Shown: in pieces, positions 34,401 to 48,283 of the stretch | How the letters are laid out: each line of letters starts with the position of its first letter | Numbering within the stretch: position 1 is the stretch's first letter | NCBI RefSeq assembly: GCF_025526975.1 | Contig: NW_026515685.1 | Location: forward strand, 186,001-250,000 | Direction: 5' to 3' | Origin: Fimicolochytrium jonesii | Lineage: Eukaryota | Length of the DNA: 64,000 bases | The notes under the pieces: generated by a model | Seen by the model: the letters and a program-made list of their open reading frames with translations, nothing else | Database searches by the model: none | What the model was told of the DNA's origin: nothing | Position numbers and translations under genes: made by a program

Positions 34401-36829
34401 CGACTTCTTTCAGTTTCAGATAGACTTCAAGGCGCGCTCATAGCCCCGGAGAGCTTAGATAAGACGACCTCGAGTGTCGCGACTTGTACTTTGCTGACGT
34501 CGCCAAGGACTTGATAGTTCAGGAATCTTGTAAGAAGAGCTGAGAGTGAGATTGGATAACCCCATTGTTTTGTTTTGTAGTCAACCCCGCAGATATTCCC
34601 GAATTCGTATTTTGTACCCCTACCCGTAATTCCCGACCCCGTATTAGAAGAGGATCCTTTCAAAGCACCTGGATTTTAAGGTGGCAAGACGACGCCCTCG
34701 CTCGAGATCTCTTCTTGTGCTATTGAGAGACCGGCAGCTTATTTTTCCCGACACCCAACCGTAACCCCGTTTTCGACAGACCCTTGCTTCTGCCGGCCAC
34801 CACCACAGCGTACGCGGTCCAGCAACGTCCGATCGAGGCGGTCTGCTTTTCCGTTTTGTTGACTAGAATACGCAACAGTAGACTCATGGGTAATCCCGTT
34901 GTCGTGTAGGTACGACGTGAGCTCGCCAGTGTATTCTCCTCCCCTATCCGTACATAGGATCTTGAGGGAGACGCCAGTTTGATTCTTGAGCCACTTATGA
35001 AAGATCATAAACCTTGCGGTGATGGTGGATGCCTCCTTGTCCTTGATGGAGTAGGTACGGGCGAAATCGCAGCCGTCGTCGAGGAACACGAGACCGTAGC
35101 GCTCTCCGTCGATGCCGTGGATCCGAAATGGACCTTGTAAATCGCTGTGAATCAGCTTGCCGGGTTTGTGTGGCGGGGATGTCAATTTAGGTTAGGTAAG
35201 GCGGGTAGCTTTGCCGAAAGCGCATGGATTGCAGCGTGCGCCAGAGTCTGGCGTAGCCCCCACTGAAGACCAATCCTCTCCTATCTTAGGCATAACCTGG
35301 AGAATGTGGTTTCCAGGGTGTCCAAGACGTTGATGCAGAAATTAGGGGGTTATGGAAGCGACCAGTGCATGTGCATTGGGCTTGTAGGTAGTAACCCGTC
35401 CTTCTAAGTAGTATGCGTCGCCTTCGCGCATCCTCATCGCGAGTAAGTGTCGGTCGGTATTGAACGTGACGACGTCGGTGGGGTGAAAGGAGACGGTAAC
35501 GCCGTTATCAGTGCATTTAGCAACAGATATAAGCGGCTGGGCAAGACTAGGAACCAATAACACGTCGCGAAGAGCGAGAACGTTGCCGCCGGACGTAGGT
35601 TGGATAAGTTCGGTACCCTTCTTTTGAGAGGTAATGGTAGTCGAATCCGCGAGTCCAATAAGGCGTTGGTAGTCTTGGAGAGAAGATTGATCTAGATCCT
35701 CGATATAAGGGGTCATATAATCTGTACAACCAGAATCCACGTTTGCCTTGAAGAGGCGGACGTCGTGGTTGGCTGGTTGGACTTGAACGTGCATGGCATA
35801 AGCCATGGAGGCTGCAGCGGGTGCGTCCTGCTTAGTTTGCGCGTTCTTGTCCATGATATCCTTGACAGCTTTGTAAGTAAAGCAGTTTTCTGACTTGTGG
35901 CCTTCCCGTTGGCAGTATTTTGACTGGGGAGGTTTCTTGGGTGCGTCAGAAGACGAGGATTGGGTAGAGGAGGAGCCTCTAGAGCCGCCAGTCTTGGATT
36001 TGTTCTTCTTCGTCTGAGGTAGAGGGGAAGTAACGTGGGCAGCGGATGCGCCCGACTGAGGCGTACTCGGGGTCTTCTCGTTGAACTGGGCGGCTATACG
36101 AATCGCGGCTTCTTGAGAAGGACTAAGTCTATCATTGTACTGAGCATGAGCAGTGATCAGGGTACTGTGATTATTAGGAAGGGCTTGAAGGAAGTCGGCA
36201 CAGACCACGTATTCCGGGAGCCCGGGGAGTTGTCCAGCAAAAGGTTGAACTGGGCGACGAATTCGGTTAAACCTTGATGGTTAATTGACTTGGGCTTCGG
36301 AGCGCGCAGTCTGTGAAGAACTTGCGGCGGATGAGTCCGGGGAATGAAGCGCCGTAACATCGCGGAGCGTAATCCGAGTTGCGGGCGCAGTCCATAGGTG
36401 TCTTGAATATCGTGCCATGAAATTATGCAGAAGCGCTCGTTTTCAGGAAAGCTTTTTTACATATGGCGTGGTTGCGTCTTTCCACTCTGCAATAGTAGCA
36501 GAAAGTTCCTCCTTCCTCTTCTTCTCATCCACAAATCCACCAGGCATTTTGTAAGGCGGGGTAGGTGTTGGTTCACTGCGTAAGTCGGCATGACGGGCTA
36601 CGCCTTGATTGAGCGGAGTAGGTGAGTCAATGCTGGAGCGCTGATTAATAGATTCAGAACTCTTAACAGCTTGTTGTTGAACTTTCTTTCCTCCTCCTCT
36701 AGTAGCCGCAGGTAGGGGTCCCAGGAAAGCTCCTCCTTGGGACCGCATGTGGTGAGCGGAGGGCTTGCCGGCTGTCACTGCAGCTGCGGAGCCCTTCTGA
36801 GGTTGGGTTGTTGAATCCTTAGGTGGCAT
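31451..36829 (-). pseudogene. Copia K1 gag-pol with an integrase-associated chromodomain (~33160-33312); stops, frameshifts and an insertion in integrase
   Basis: YCQREGHKSENC, LHQRLGHP, HSDLQGP, TDRGGEY, YVDD, YTDASYA, EAEYIA motifs. Confidence 0.9.
33731..34807. mobile_element. Probable solo LTR (~1.08 kb, unknown family) inserted in K1 integrase
   Basis: TGTAGT..ACCACA termini, 4-bp duplication GCGT; splits RTLLDRVR|AIFADTHLP. Confidence 0.75.
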
Positions 36830-37411
36830 GGTGCTTTCTAAGAGAGCGGTGGCTGGAGCGAGTTCTTTATCCTGGAACGTCCGCTAGTTGCGGGCAAAGC
36901 CAGGGCTCATAACCTCTTAGCAGTAGTTGGCAGAGGATGCAGATGACTGAGCGAACTCTATGTTGTGTGAGCTGTAGTACTGTGAAGTATGTATTGTCTT
37001 ATTGTAGAAAAGAGGACGCTAGGTCCGAAAGGAGAAGAAAAGAGTGAAGTCCCGCACGCGGAAGCGTGGCGTAAGCGGGAGGGGAGTTACGTGAGGAAAT
37101 AAACTACAGGAACCCTAACCGGGGACTCGGGAGGATGATACCTCCAACACCCCCACCCAAACTCACGAGTCTATCTAAGTGAAAGATAAATCTAAACAAT
37201 GAGTACAAGGGTGCGGCCGTACGCAAAAAGCGGGCGGACGTCGGGTGAATAGCTATGACTAAAAATAAAAGAAATGAAAGAGTAAAATGAAAGAAGAGGG
37301 GAACGCCGCGAGTATAAAACAAGAGACAGCTGTCAGTCGCCCCAGAGAGGTAATACCAACGTTGACATACTCAATTACCGTATCCCAGACGACCACACGA
37401 TACGCAAAACA

Positions 37412-40400
37412 ATGGCCAACGGAGGCAAGAACGGCGGGAGTGGCAAGAAGAGCGGCGACGGCAAGAAGAAGCAAACGGCCCGTAAGTCGGGGACGCCAGC
37501 AGCCCCTCCAGCTGCACCCCCGCCGGGACCCTCACGACCGACGACGCGCTCTACGCGCGCATCGTCCGCAGCGTCTGCAAGCGACTCTTCGATGTCGAAA
37601 GCCCGAGTGAGAGAAGCTCGTCGATAGGCGATGGAGGTGGTGTTATGATCTCGACGACGGGGGCGGAAGCGAAGTAGAGAAGACAGGGCGAGTGTGATAG
37701 GCGACAAGAGACTGTATTGGCGAAACAAGAAACAAGGACTAGAACAGGAGATGAGAAGAACTGGTGTTGATCTGCTGGGGAGGAAGGGAATGGACGAAGA
37801 GTGGCCGGCTATTTATAGATAGGCAACCCAGCAGATCAGAGAACAACAACAACAAGAGGGGACTGGAGGGCGACAGCTATGCTCCTAGAGCGTGCGTGGC
37901 GAGCGTAGAGAGCATTGCTACAGCTGCTGGCTATGGGGAAGCAGTGGGGGGTGTGGAGAAGCCGAGGAGGGTTTGGCGAAATGAGAGGAGAGAGGAGGAG
38001 TGGCGATATTGCAAGAGGATTGGCGAAATGAGAGGAGAGAGGGGGAGTGGCATTGACATTGACATTGACACTGACATTGACACTGACATTGACATTGACA
38101 TTGGCGTTTGACATTTGGCGGTTGACATTGGCGGCTGTCAGTAGGTAAGCTTATGGTATGGGCGCGTTGTCCATTGGCAGCTGTCAGTAGGTAAGCTTAT
38201 GGTATGGGCGCGTCGTCCATAACATCACCCCTCTCTTTAGCGGCCGTGGCGGCGGCGTCGAGTTTGGTGTGGCCGCAGAGGAGGCGCTACGGGGACAGAG
38301 GAAGGCTTGTTGGGGTACGCGCTGTGGAAGTCCTGGAGGAGTGTGTCGGTATGGGTGAGGTGTTCCACGGGCTCCCAGGTGTTCTCGGAGTCAGGCCAGC
38401 CCTGCCATTTGACCAAGTACTAAAGGCGACGACAATGGATGCGAGAGTCAAGGATGGCTTCGACAACCCACTCTTCTTGACCCTCAACGGTCTCTGGGGG
38501 CGCAGGTTCGGGTTCGGGTCGTTCGGGGATGGTGAAGCGGGGTTCGAGGAGCGAGACATGGAAGACATCCTGGATTTTGTACGTAGGCGGCAGCTTGAGC
38601 CGGTAGGCAACGGGATTGATTTTTTCAACGATGGGGAATGGCCCAATCTTGCGATGGTCGAGTTTCTGAGAGGGCCGGGTTGTCTGGAGGTTTTTGCAGA
38701 GGAGCCAGACGTGGTCGCCAGGCTTGAAGTCCGGTCCAGGAATTCGTTTAGCGTCGGCGTAGCGCTTCATTTGATCTTGGGCTTCCTTGAGCTCGAGGGC
38801 GAGCTGTTTATGGCCTTCCCTGATTTGTTTAGCGTGGGCTTCAGCGGCGGGGTTGACGGATTCGGAGCTAGCAGAGGCCGCGAAACTGAAGCGGGGGTGG
38901 AGACCCTTGTTGGCGTAGAAGGGGGTGGTCTGGGAGGCGGACTGGTGGGTGTTGTTGTAGGCGAACTCGGCAGACGACAGAAGCTGTTTCCAGTTGTCCT
39001 GTTGGTGGTTGCAAAAGCATCGGAGATACTGCTCCAGGATCTGGTTGGTGCGTTCCGTCTGGCCATCGCTCTGGGGGTGGAAGGCCGAGGAGAGGTTGGC
39101 TTTTGCCCCAAGGAGTTCGAGAAGTCGACGCCAGAACCGGGACTTAAACTGGGGTCCTCGGTCAGAGATGACGTCGTCGGGGAGGCCGTGGAGACGGATA
39201 ATGTTGTGGAAGACTAGGTCGGCGGTGGATTCGGCGGATTCTGACTCGCTGCAGGCGATGAAGTGGGCCATCTTGGTGAGGCGACAGTTGACGTTCAGGA
39301 TGGAGTCGTACCCGTCCACGGGAGGCAGACCGGTGATAAAGTCCAGGGACCAAGATCCCCAAGGGCGGGTAGGGATACTGTTGGGCTGAAGTAGGCCATA
39401 TGGTTTTTGTCAACTGGATTTCGCTTGGCTACAAGTATCGCAGGACTTGACGTAGGCCTTGACGAAGCGCCACTGGTTGGGCCACCAGTAGTTGCGGGAG
39501 GCAAGTTCGAGCGTCTTGGACATCCCAAAGTGGCCAGCCAGGGATGTATTGTGCATGTCGTGGCAGACTTCAGCTCGGAGCTCGTTGGTGGGGACATAGA
39601 CCAGGTTATCGTGCAGCAGGATCCCATCTTCATCTGAGAACCGCTTGATACGATCTTGGGTTTCCTCGGTCCATTGGGCGAGGGGTATCTTGAGCTTTTC
39701 GCGAAGGGTCTTAGCGAGGGGATCAGAGGCCTGGGCGGCCTTAATCTTGTCAAGCAGCGTGGTATCCATGGGTGTGAGGTAGGCCGCGGCGAGTCGAAGG
39801 CGTTTGGGAGTCAAAATTGTGGTTGCCTGGGAGCGGAACGCTTCTTCCCCCTTTTTTAGCTCATGTTCGGAGCGTCGGGAGAGGGCATCGGCTTGGTGCT
39901 GCTGGGAACCGGGGCGATAGGTAATGACAAAGTCAAAATCCGAGAAGAATATCGACCAGCGGGCTTGGCGGCGGTTCAGGGTGCAGGTGGTCATGAAGTA
40001 CTGAAGGTTTTTATGGTCGGAGTAAACGGTGATCTTGTGACGGGCGCCAATGAGATGGTGTCGCCACTGGGCAAAGGAGTCTTGGATGGCCAGAAGTTCC
40101 TTGTCGTAGAGCTCGTAGTTGATCTCTTCGGCCGTGAATTTGCGAGAGTGGAAGGACCACGGGGTGGAGCTGATTGTCCTGGTCAGGTTGGAGGAGAACT
40201 GCGCCAAGAGCGAAGTCGGAGGTGTCAGTTTCGACGACGAAGGGCTTCTCTGGGTCAGGGTGAGCAAGGATGGGGGCGGTGGTGAATGCTTTCTTCAGGT
40301 TCTCGAAGGCGGTGTTTGCGGCGGGTGTCCAGGCGTACGGGATGTCTTTCCGGGTCAGGGCTGTGAGCGGGGTAGCGATCTTGGAATAACCTTGGATGAA

Positions 40401-43400
40401 TCGGCGATAGAAGTTGGCAAAGCCGAGGAAGCGCTGGACGCCTTTGACATTCTTGGGAGGTTCCCAATCCTGTGATGGCAGCGATCTTCTTGGGGTCCAT
40501 CTGGATGCCTTTCTCGGAGATGATGAAGCTAGGAACTCGACAGATTCGCGGTTGAATTCGCACTTCTCGGGTTTGGCGTACAACCCATGCTGGCGGAGGC
40601 GGGACAAGACTTCGTGGACGTGCTTGGGGTGATCTTAGGGGTTCTTGGAGAATATCAGGATACCATCAAGGTAGACGACAACAAACACATCGAGAATGTC
40701 GCGGAAGATGTCGTTCATCAGGTACTGGAAAACGCCAGGAGCATTGCTGAGTCCAAAGGGCATGACATTGTATTCGAATAGGCCGTAGCGGCAGCGGAAG
40801 GCGGTCTTCCATTCATCGCCCAGGCGCATGCGTAAGAGGTTGTAAGCGCCGCACAGGTCGATCTTGGTGAGACGGCGGGCACCGCGCAAAGGATCCATGA
40901 TACCGTTGATCAGGGGCAGGGGGTAGCGATTCTTCACCGTGATGCTGTTCAGGCCTCAATAATCCACGCAGAGGCGGAGAGAACCGTCCTTTTTCTTCAC
41001 GAATAAGACTGGCGCACCGGCAGGGGACTTTGAGGGTTTGATGAATCCTTTGGCGAGGTTTTCTTCGAGGTATTCGCAGAGTGCCTTCATATCTGGTTCG
41101 CTGAGGCTGTAGATCGGGCTGAAAGGTGGCTGCTTGCCTTCCTCCAGATCGATTGGACAGTCGTAGGGCCGGTGCTCGGGGAGAGTGTCAGCATTTCTCT
41201 TTTTGAAAACGTCGGCGAAGTCTTGATACTCGGGGGGCAGGAAGTCTTTGATGTCTTTCTCGGGTGTCGGGGGGTTACTAGGGCTAGGCAAGGCCGGGAG
41301 ATCGGGTTTCGCAGGGTTGGCGTAGGCGACAAAGACCTGGTCATGCCTTGCTGCGACCCGGAAGGCTGGGGCGGAGATGAACGAGACTCGGAGCGGCGTG
41401 GGAGCCGGTTCTGGGGTGCTGGAGCGAGATACCTTGGGTACTGGAATCGACCATGTTTTGTCGACGGGGACTTCATCCTGGGGGATGCGGATCAAGGGCT
41501 CGGGGGTTCTGGCAGGTGCTGGGCTCGGGGGTGCTGGGTAGTAGTCCCAATTCGCGAATTCATGGTACTGACAGTCGCAACGGAAACCGACCGAAAGGTT
41601 CTTGAACTCAAGGTTAATGTCGTGGAGGCGGAGCCAGGGGAGACCAAGGAGGATTGGAGCATGGGGTGATTTGGTGACATGGAAGACGAGTTCTTCGAAG
41701 TGGTCGTCAACCCACATGCCTACTGGTTGGGTGTGATGGGTGATTGGCCCAGCAGAGCTGGGTTGACCGTCAACGAGTTCGATCGTCAGTGGACGCTGAT
41801 GCGGGACTAGGGCGATGCGGTGTTTGCGGGCAAAGTCTCTGTCGATGAAGCAGGACAGGGCACCGTTGCCGATCATGGCTGAGGTAGGTATCGGGGCGCG
41901 GCTGGATGATACCATGATGGTAACGGGGTAGTTGAAGGGTTCGACGGGACCCAGCGCAAGCATGGCGCGGGGGTTAATTTCGGAGTTTTCGACATGGGCA
42001 GCGGCTAGGAGGGTTGTGTCGGCTATAACGGAGTCGGGAACCAGGGGGGTGGCCTCTCCTGTTGCAGGAGCTGCGAGGTTAGGAGGCCCGGGGCGGTGTG
42101 TGTTGTCCAGTCGCTGGGGCTTTACTGCGGCTGGACTTTGGGAAAACCCTGTTCGGTGGAGGGTTCTTTGATGTCGACGTTGGCGGCACGGGTGGTGGTC
42201 TTGTTCTTGACGGGGCAGACTTTTGCAATGTGCCCCGCGCCACCCCAGTAAAGGCCAGAGGTTGTTGGAAATGCGGCGTTGGCGTTCCTGAAGGGCTCAG
42301 AGGGCCGCGGGGACGAGCGGCGTCAATCTGCATAGGCTCGCTGTGGTCGACAGTGGTGGTAGTAGTAAACGAGGTGTGGGGAACCGGGAAGGTCTGGCGG
42401 CTTCTGTTTCGCTGCAGGCGGCGCTCAAACAGCCGGTTATCGCACTGGATAGCCTGCTCCATCACCACATCAATGGTGGCCGCAGGGGGCATTGTGAGCA
42501 TCAGGTCTTTGACGTCTTCTTTGAGGCCACGGCGGAAGGTAGCAATCAGGGCCTGGTCGTTCCAGGAGACATCGCATTGTAGCTGGCGGAACTCAGCGAC
42601 GTACTCGGTTGCTGCACGGGTTTGGCGAAGGTTCTGGAGCTTGTTTTCAGAGGTGCGGACCCTGTCGCTGTCTCCGAAGACCGATTGCATCTGACTGATG
42701 AAGATATTGAAGTCCTGAAGGCTGTGATCTTAACGTTCGACTAGGGGCGCCATCCGGGCTTGCGCAGTGCCGGTGAGGTAGGTGCCAATAGTTTGGATCT
42801 TGATGATGTCGCTGGGGTAGCGGTCGGGCTGGAGAGCAAACATCAACCGGATGTTGTTCAACCACCCACGGAATTTGCTGCGGGTACCATCAAACTTCTC
42901 GGGCGAGCTGATTCTTGGCTCCAGAGCAGGGTTGGCGACTTGGGGACGGGTGAACGTATCAGCTTGAACCTGGGCGGCGATGCTCTGGGCAGCTTGTGCG
43001 TCGGCTTGGGCTTGCGCTAGGTTGGCCTGCAAGTTGGCGTTTTGGCTTTGCAAGGCGGCGATGGCTTGGCACATATCGTTCCATTGCTTCGCAGTGAAAG
43101 GTACGGATTCGGGTTGGGACATGGCGAAAAAGGTTTGTCGGATGCAGGGCTGGACAGGTTCTGAACTTCGCAGTGTTAGAGCAGATCAAACTGTTATGAT
43201 CTCGACGACGGGGGCGGAAGCGAAGTAGAGAAAACAGGGCGAGTGTGACAGGCGACAAGAGATTGTATTGGCGAAACAAGAAACAAGGACTAGAACAGGA
43301 GATGAGAAGAACTGGTGTTGATCTGCTGGGGAGGAAGGGAATGGACGAAGAGAGGCCGGCTATTTATAGATAGGCAACCCAGCACATCAGAGAACAACAA

Positions 43401-44159
43401 CAACAAGAGGGGACTGGAGGGCGACAGCTATGCTCCTAGAGCGTGCGTGGCGAGCGTAGAGAGCATTGCTACAGCTGCTGGCTATGGGGAAGCAGTGGGG
43501 GGTGTGGAGAAGCCGAGGGGGGATTGGCGAAATGAGAGGAGAGAGGAGGAGTGGCGATATTGCAAGAGGATTGGCAAAATGAGAGGAGAGAGGGGGAGTG
43601 GAATTGACATTGACATTGACACTGACATTGACACTGACATTGACATTGACATTGGTGTTTGACGTTTGGCGGTTGACATTGGCGGCTGTCAGTAGGTAAG
43701 CTTATGGTATGGGCGCGTCGTCCATAACAGGTGGCAACGTTGAGGTACCGGAAGGATAACCATGAGAACCTCGCGAAGCACCTGGCGTTTACGAAGGCGA
43801 AGCTGGATCGATCGAAGCGAAAGAAGGGGTCATTCGAGGCATTGACGGAGGAGGCAGACTACGTTGGGAGTAAGGCAGTCTCGGAGTTGCGATATAAAGG
43901 AAAAGGCGGCATATCAAAAAAAAAGATGAAAGAGGCGAAGCGCCGCAGTGATGCGGCCGAGAGACGGGAGCGAGACAAGTTGATGAAGCGACTCATGTAC
44001 TTGCGAAAGCACATGGATGATTCGTCTTCGAGTGATGATGGAGACGGTGACAGAACTGGCAGGGGAGGTGGTCCAGGGGGTCCGCCTGGTGAAGGCGGAG
44101 CCGGAGCCGGTGGAGCCTCCAGTGCCGGGGCAGCGGCGGCTATCACAGTGGCGGGTTAA
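37412..44159 (+). pseudogene. Antisense H3-mimic ORF of K2 (37412-37640 + 43735-44159), split by B1
   Basis: KQTARKS at 37469-37489; TTG>TAG at 37625; the frame resumes after the GGTGG TSD. Confidence 0.8.
37641..43729 (-). mobile_element. Full-length defective Ty3/Gypsy chromovirus B1; LTRs 37641-38224 and 43192-43729
   Basis: TSD GGTGG on both sides; gag-PR-RT-RH-IN-chromodomain remnants; (GACATT)n tract in the LTR. Confidence 0.95.
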
Positions 44160-45886
44160 GGTGCCGAAGTCGTATATAGTGCCCAGAAGCCGTCCCGGTA
44201 TGGGTGTTCCGTATGTCTCATTCGGACGTAGTCGTCGCCGGCCGTATATTGCTAGCGACACGCCCTTCTTGAATTGCTTGAATACTTTTTGTATGTGTCT
44301 CGGGAGGAAAGGGCTTTGTGAAGTAATCAGTGAGTTGTTCCTGGGTCGCGGTGTCGAGGAGTACGACGTCTTTCTTCGCCACGCCGTCACGTAGCTTGTG
44401 GTAGCGTACGTCGATGTGTTTGGAGCGTTGAGTAATAGCCGTGGAGTTGGCAATCTCGCGGGCGCTCTGATTGTCGATGTGGATTGGCGTGGGGTCCTTG
44501 ATGTTGCCGTATTTGTCGCCAAAGACCTCCGCGATGATCGAGCGGAGCCAGATGACCTCGTTGTAACCGAGGGCTGCGGCAATATACTCAGCTTCCGTGG
44601 AGCTGAGAGCTACGCACTTCTGCTTGGTGCTTTTCCAGTAGATAAGCTGGCCGTTGAAGAAGCTGGCGATGCTCGCGGTAGATTTGCGGTCGTTGACATT
44701 GTCTGCGTAGGATGCGTCTGTATAGACGCGAAGTCCAGCTTGATCTGAATGACCGGACTTGTAGGTAAGCTCGAAGGTGCGGGTACCTTTAAGGTAGCGC
44801 ATGATGCGAAGTACATCATTCCAGTGGGCTTGAATAGGAGCTGAGACTTGACGTGCGACGAAGCCGACGGCAGTTGAAATATCCCAGCGCCAGGTACTGG
44901 ATGCCCACGTGAGGGCCCTCACTGCTTCCTGGTAGAGAAGCTTGTTAGGAAAAGGGGGGCTTGCGGAGGCTGGTCGGGTACGCGCAGAGACGGCGCACGG
45001 CGTAGAGAGCGGGGTGGCATTTTGTTGTCCAAATCGTTCGAGTAAACCGTCGATATAGTTAACATTGCTGATTTTGAGTTGGTTCCCTGACGGCGAGAGC
45101 TGGTAATCGAAGACCAGACCCAGGCAGTTCTTGATGGGATCGAGATCCGTACAGTTGAAATGAGAACATAGTTCACCTTTCACTTGTTTGACGTGTACGG
45201 GAAAGCTGCAGGCAATGAAGTCGTCCACATAAATAAGGAGCATCTGGAGAGCGTCCAGAGTGCGCGTCGTTGTCGCGTAGCCATAGAAGACGCAAGGGCA
45301 GTTCTTTAACGGAGTATAGCCAAGAGAACTGAGGGTTTCGCAAAGAGTACGGTACCAGAGAAGCGGAGACTGCTTCAGACCGTATAGAGCCTTGCGTAAG
45401 AGGTATACCCAGTCTGCGCGCGGCTTGTGCGGATCTTTGTAGCCTTGAAATTGTTCAACATAGACGGGTCCGTCGATATCGCTGCGTTAGAACGCATTGA
45501 GGACGTTGAGTTGATGGATATCCATACCGAGAGAGACGGCAATGGAGAGGAAAAGGCGAAGAACTGACATGGGTAGGGTTGGAGCGTAGGTGTCGTGATA
45601 ATCAATACCCTTGGATTGACGAAAACCTTGAACTACACTGCGGCCCTTGAATTTCTTGAAAGTACCGTTTGGATTGAAGATCTGACGAATCACCCAAGTA
45701 CTACCGAGTACGCGCTGATTGCGCCGATGCGCGATGCTTGGGCGGCAACCGGTAAGGCATTCGGAGCGAGATTTAGCATCCGGGGATTCAATTGAATGCG
45801 GGTAGAGGTTGTGCAGGTAAAAGACAGCTTCCAGGATGTATGGCCAGAGCTTGCGGGGTAGGTGAGTGTCCGCGAAGATGGCGCGG

Positions 45887-46965
45887 TGTAGTATTGCACT
45901 TCGAACTGCGCATGAAATCGATAATATTTCAACGCCAAATATACGCCTAGAATCTTCGGCAAGCGAATGAAATCACCTTTAGATGACAACGTCAAAATGC
46001 CGTCAAAACTTCCGACAATAAATCGACACACTCGCGTTCCCAACACTCCGACAATTACCAAATACAAGTACCTTTACCAAAACCTTGCTTCACAGCGACA
46101 TTTTGTCCTCGGATATGACTGACATGCGAAAAATGTAGGCGTAGGAGAGGATCTCACACATGAAAGCACCCCCGACCCGATTCTCAACCAACCAGAAGCT
46201 CCCACGCCGCCCGAAACGCTGAAGAAATCACCTGCGAAACGAGAAAACCAATTTCCGGTGGCCGTATACGCCAAACGTTGCAGAAAACCCCAAGAAAAGA
46301 TTAGCAATAAGACCGTATCAGTGCCAAAATTGCGAATGGAAAAAGGAAAAACTACATAGACGGCTGAGGAAAAGAGAAAAAGACCCCGAAGTAGCTAATC
46401 CTCTAGAGACGACTAGTAGAGAGTTTGGACTTCCACAAAATCCCGTAGCCTAGAAAAATCCATATAAAAACCCGCTTGTTTCCCCCAGACCTTTGTACGA
46501 TACGCAGAACACAGATCCCGATCAACAACAGAGCTTTCTACTTCTCTACTCCCGACGACTTCTTTCAGTTTCAGATAGACTTTCAAGGCGCGCTCATAGC
46601 CCCGGAGAGCTTAGATAAGACGACCTCGAGTGTCGCGACTTGTACTTTGCTGACGTCGCCAAGGACTTGATAGTTCAGGAATCTTGTAAGAAGAGCTGAG
46701 AGTGAGATTGGATAACCCCATTGTTTTGTTTTGTAGTCAACCCCGCAGATATTCCCGAATTCGTATTTTGTACCCCTACCCGTAATTCCCGATCCCGTAT
46801 TAGAAGAAGGACTCCTTTCAAAGCACCTGGATTTTAAGGTGGCAAGACGACGCCCTCGCTCGAGATCTCTTCTTGTGCTATTGAGAGACCGGCAGCTTAT
46901 TTTTCCCGACACCCAACCGTAACCCCGTGTTCGACAGACCCTCGCTTCTGCCGGCCACCACCACA
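45887..46965. mobile_element. Second copy of the ~1.08-kb probable solo LTR, at the same site in K2 integrase
   Basis: Near-identical to 33731-34807, with the same junctions. Confidence 0.75.
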
Positions 46966-48283
46966 GCGTACGCGGTCCAGCAACGTCCGATTGAGGCGCT
47001 CTGCTTTTCCGTTTTGTTGACTAGAATACGCAACAGTAGACTCATGGGTAATCCTGTTGTCGTGTAGGTACGACGTGAGCTCGCCAGTGTATTCTCCTCC
47101 CCTATCCGTACGTAGGATCTTGAGGGAGACGCCAGTTTGATTCTTGAGCCACTTATGAAAGATCATAAACCTTGCGGTAATGGTGGATGCCTCCTTGTCC
47201 TTGACGGAGTAGGTACGGGCGAAATCGCAGCCGTCGTCGAGGAACACGAGACCGTAGCGCTCTCCGTCGATGCCGTGGATCCAAAATGGACCTTGTAAAT
47301 CGCTGTGAATCAGCTTGCCGGGTTTGTGTGGCGGGGATGTCGATTTAGGTAAGGTAAGGCGGGTAGCTTTGCCGAAAGCGCATGGATTGCAGCGTGCGCC
47401 GGAGTCTGGCGTAGCCCCCACTGAAGACCAATCCTCTCCTATCTTAGGCATAACCGGGAGAATGTGGTTTCCAGGGTGTCCAAGACGTTGATGCAGAAAT
47501 TAGGGGGTTATGGAAGCGACCAGTGCATGTGCATTGGGCTTGTAGGTAGTAACCCGTCCTTCTAAGTAGTATGCGTCGCCTTCACGCATCCTCATCGCGA
47601 GTAAGTGTCGGTCGGTATTGAACGTGACGACGTCGGTGGGGTGAAAGGAGACGGTAACGCCGTTATCAGTGCATTTAGCAACAGATATAAGCGGCTGGGC
47701 AAGACTAGGAACCAATAACACGTCGCGAAGAGCGAGAACGTTGCCGCCGGACGTAGGTTGGATAAGTTCGGTACCCTTCTTTTGAGAGGTAATGGTAGTC
47801 GAATCCGCGAGTCCAATAAGGCGTTGGTAGTCTTGGAGAGAAGATTGATCTAGATCCTCGATATAGGGGGTCATATAATCTGTACAACCAGAATCCACGT
47901 TCGCCTTGAAGAGGCGGACGTCGTGGTTGGCTGGTTGGACTTGAACGTGCATGGCATAAGCCATGGAGGCTGCAGCGGGTGCGTCCTGCTTAGTTTGCGC
48001 GTTCTTGTCCATGATATCCTTGACAGCTTTGTAAGTAAAGCAGTTTTCTGACTTGTGGCCTTCCCGTTGGCAGTATTTGGACTGGGGAGGTTTCTTGGGT
48101 GCGTCAGAAGACGAGGATTGGGTAGAGGAGGAGCCTCTAGAGCCGCCAGTCTTGGATTTGTTCTTCTTCTTCTGAGGTAGAGGGGAAGTAACGTGGGCAG
48201 CGGATGCGCCCAACTGAGGCGTACTCGGGGTCTTCTCGTTGAACTGGGCGGCTATACGAATCGCGGCTTCTTGAGAAGGACTA

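Larger units (their letters stand above)
30243..37149 (-). mobile_element. Ty1/Copia element K, copy 1 (LTRs ~30243-30476 and 36915-37149)
   Basis: Domain order gag-PR(DSGC)-IN-RT(YVDD)-RH. PBS GGTTATGAGCCCTG at 36901-36914; PPT GGGTGGGGG directly before the LTR start TGTTGG. Confidence 0.93.

Noticed and set aside
36443..36829. Histone H2B-like N-terminus (MPPK...) of the K gag
   Set aside because: Low-complexity similarity only, with no exact histone motif.
36901..36914. tRNA-Met gene
   Set aside because: Only 14 nt match, next to an LTR; this is a primer-binding site.
38050..38130. MSMSMS / CQCQCQ / IDIDID peptides in B LTRs
   Set aside because: Translations of the (GACATT)n tract.
38204..39217. 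337-aa plus-strand ORF (also 55579-56592)
   Set aside because: Antisense shadow of the B integrase with no independent motifs. The K antisense ORF, by contrast, lies outside pol.
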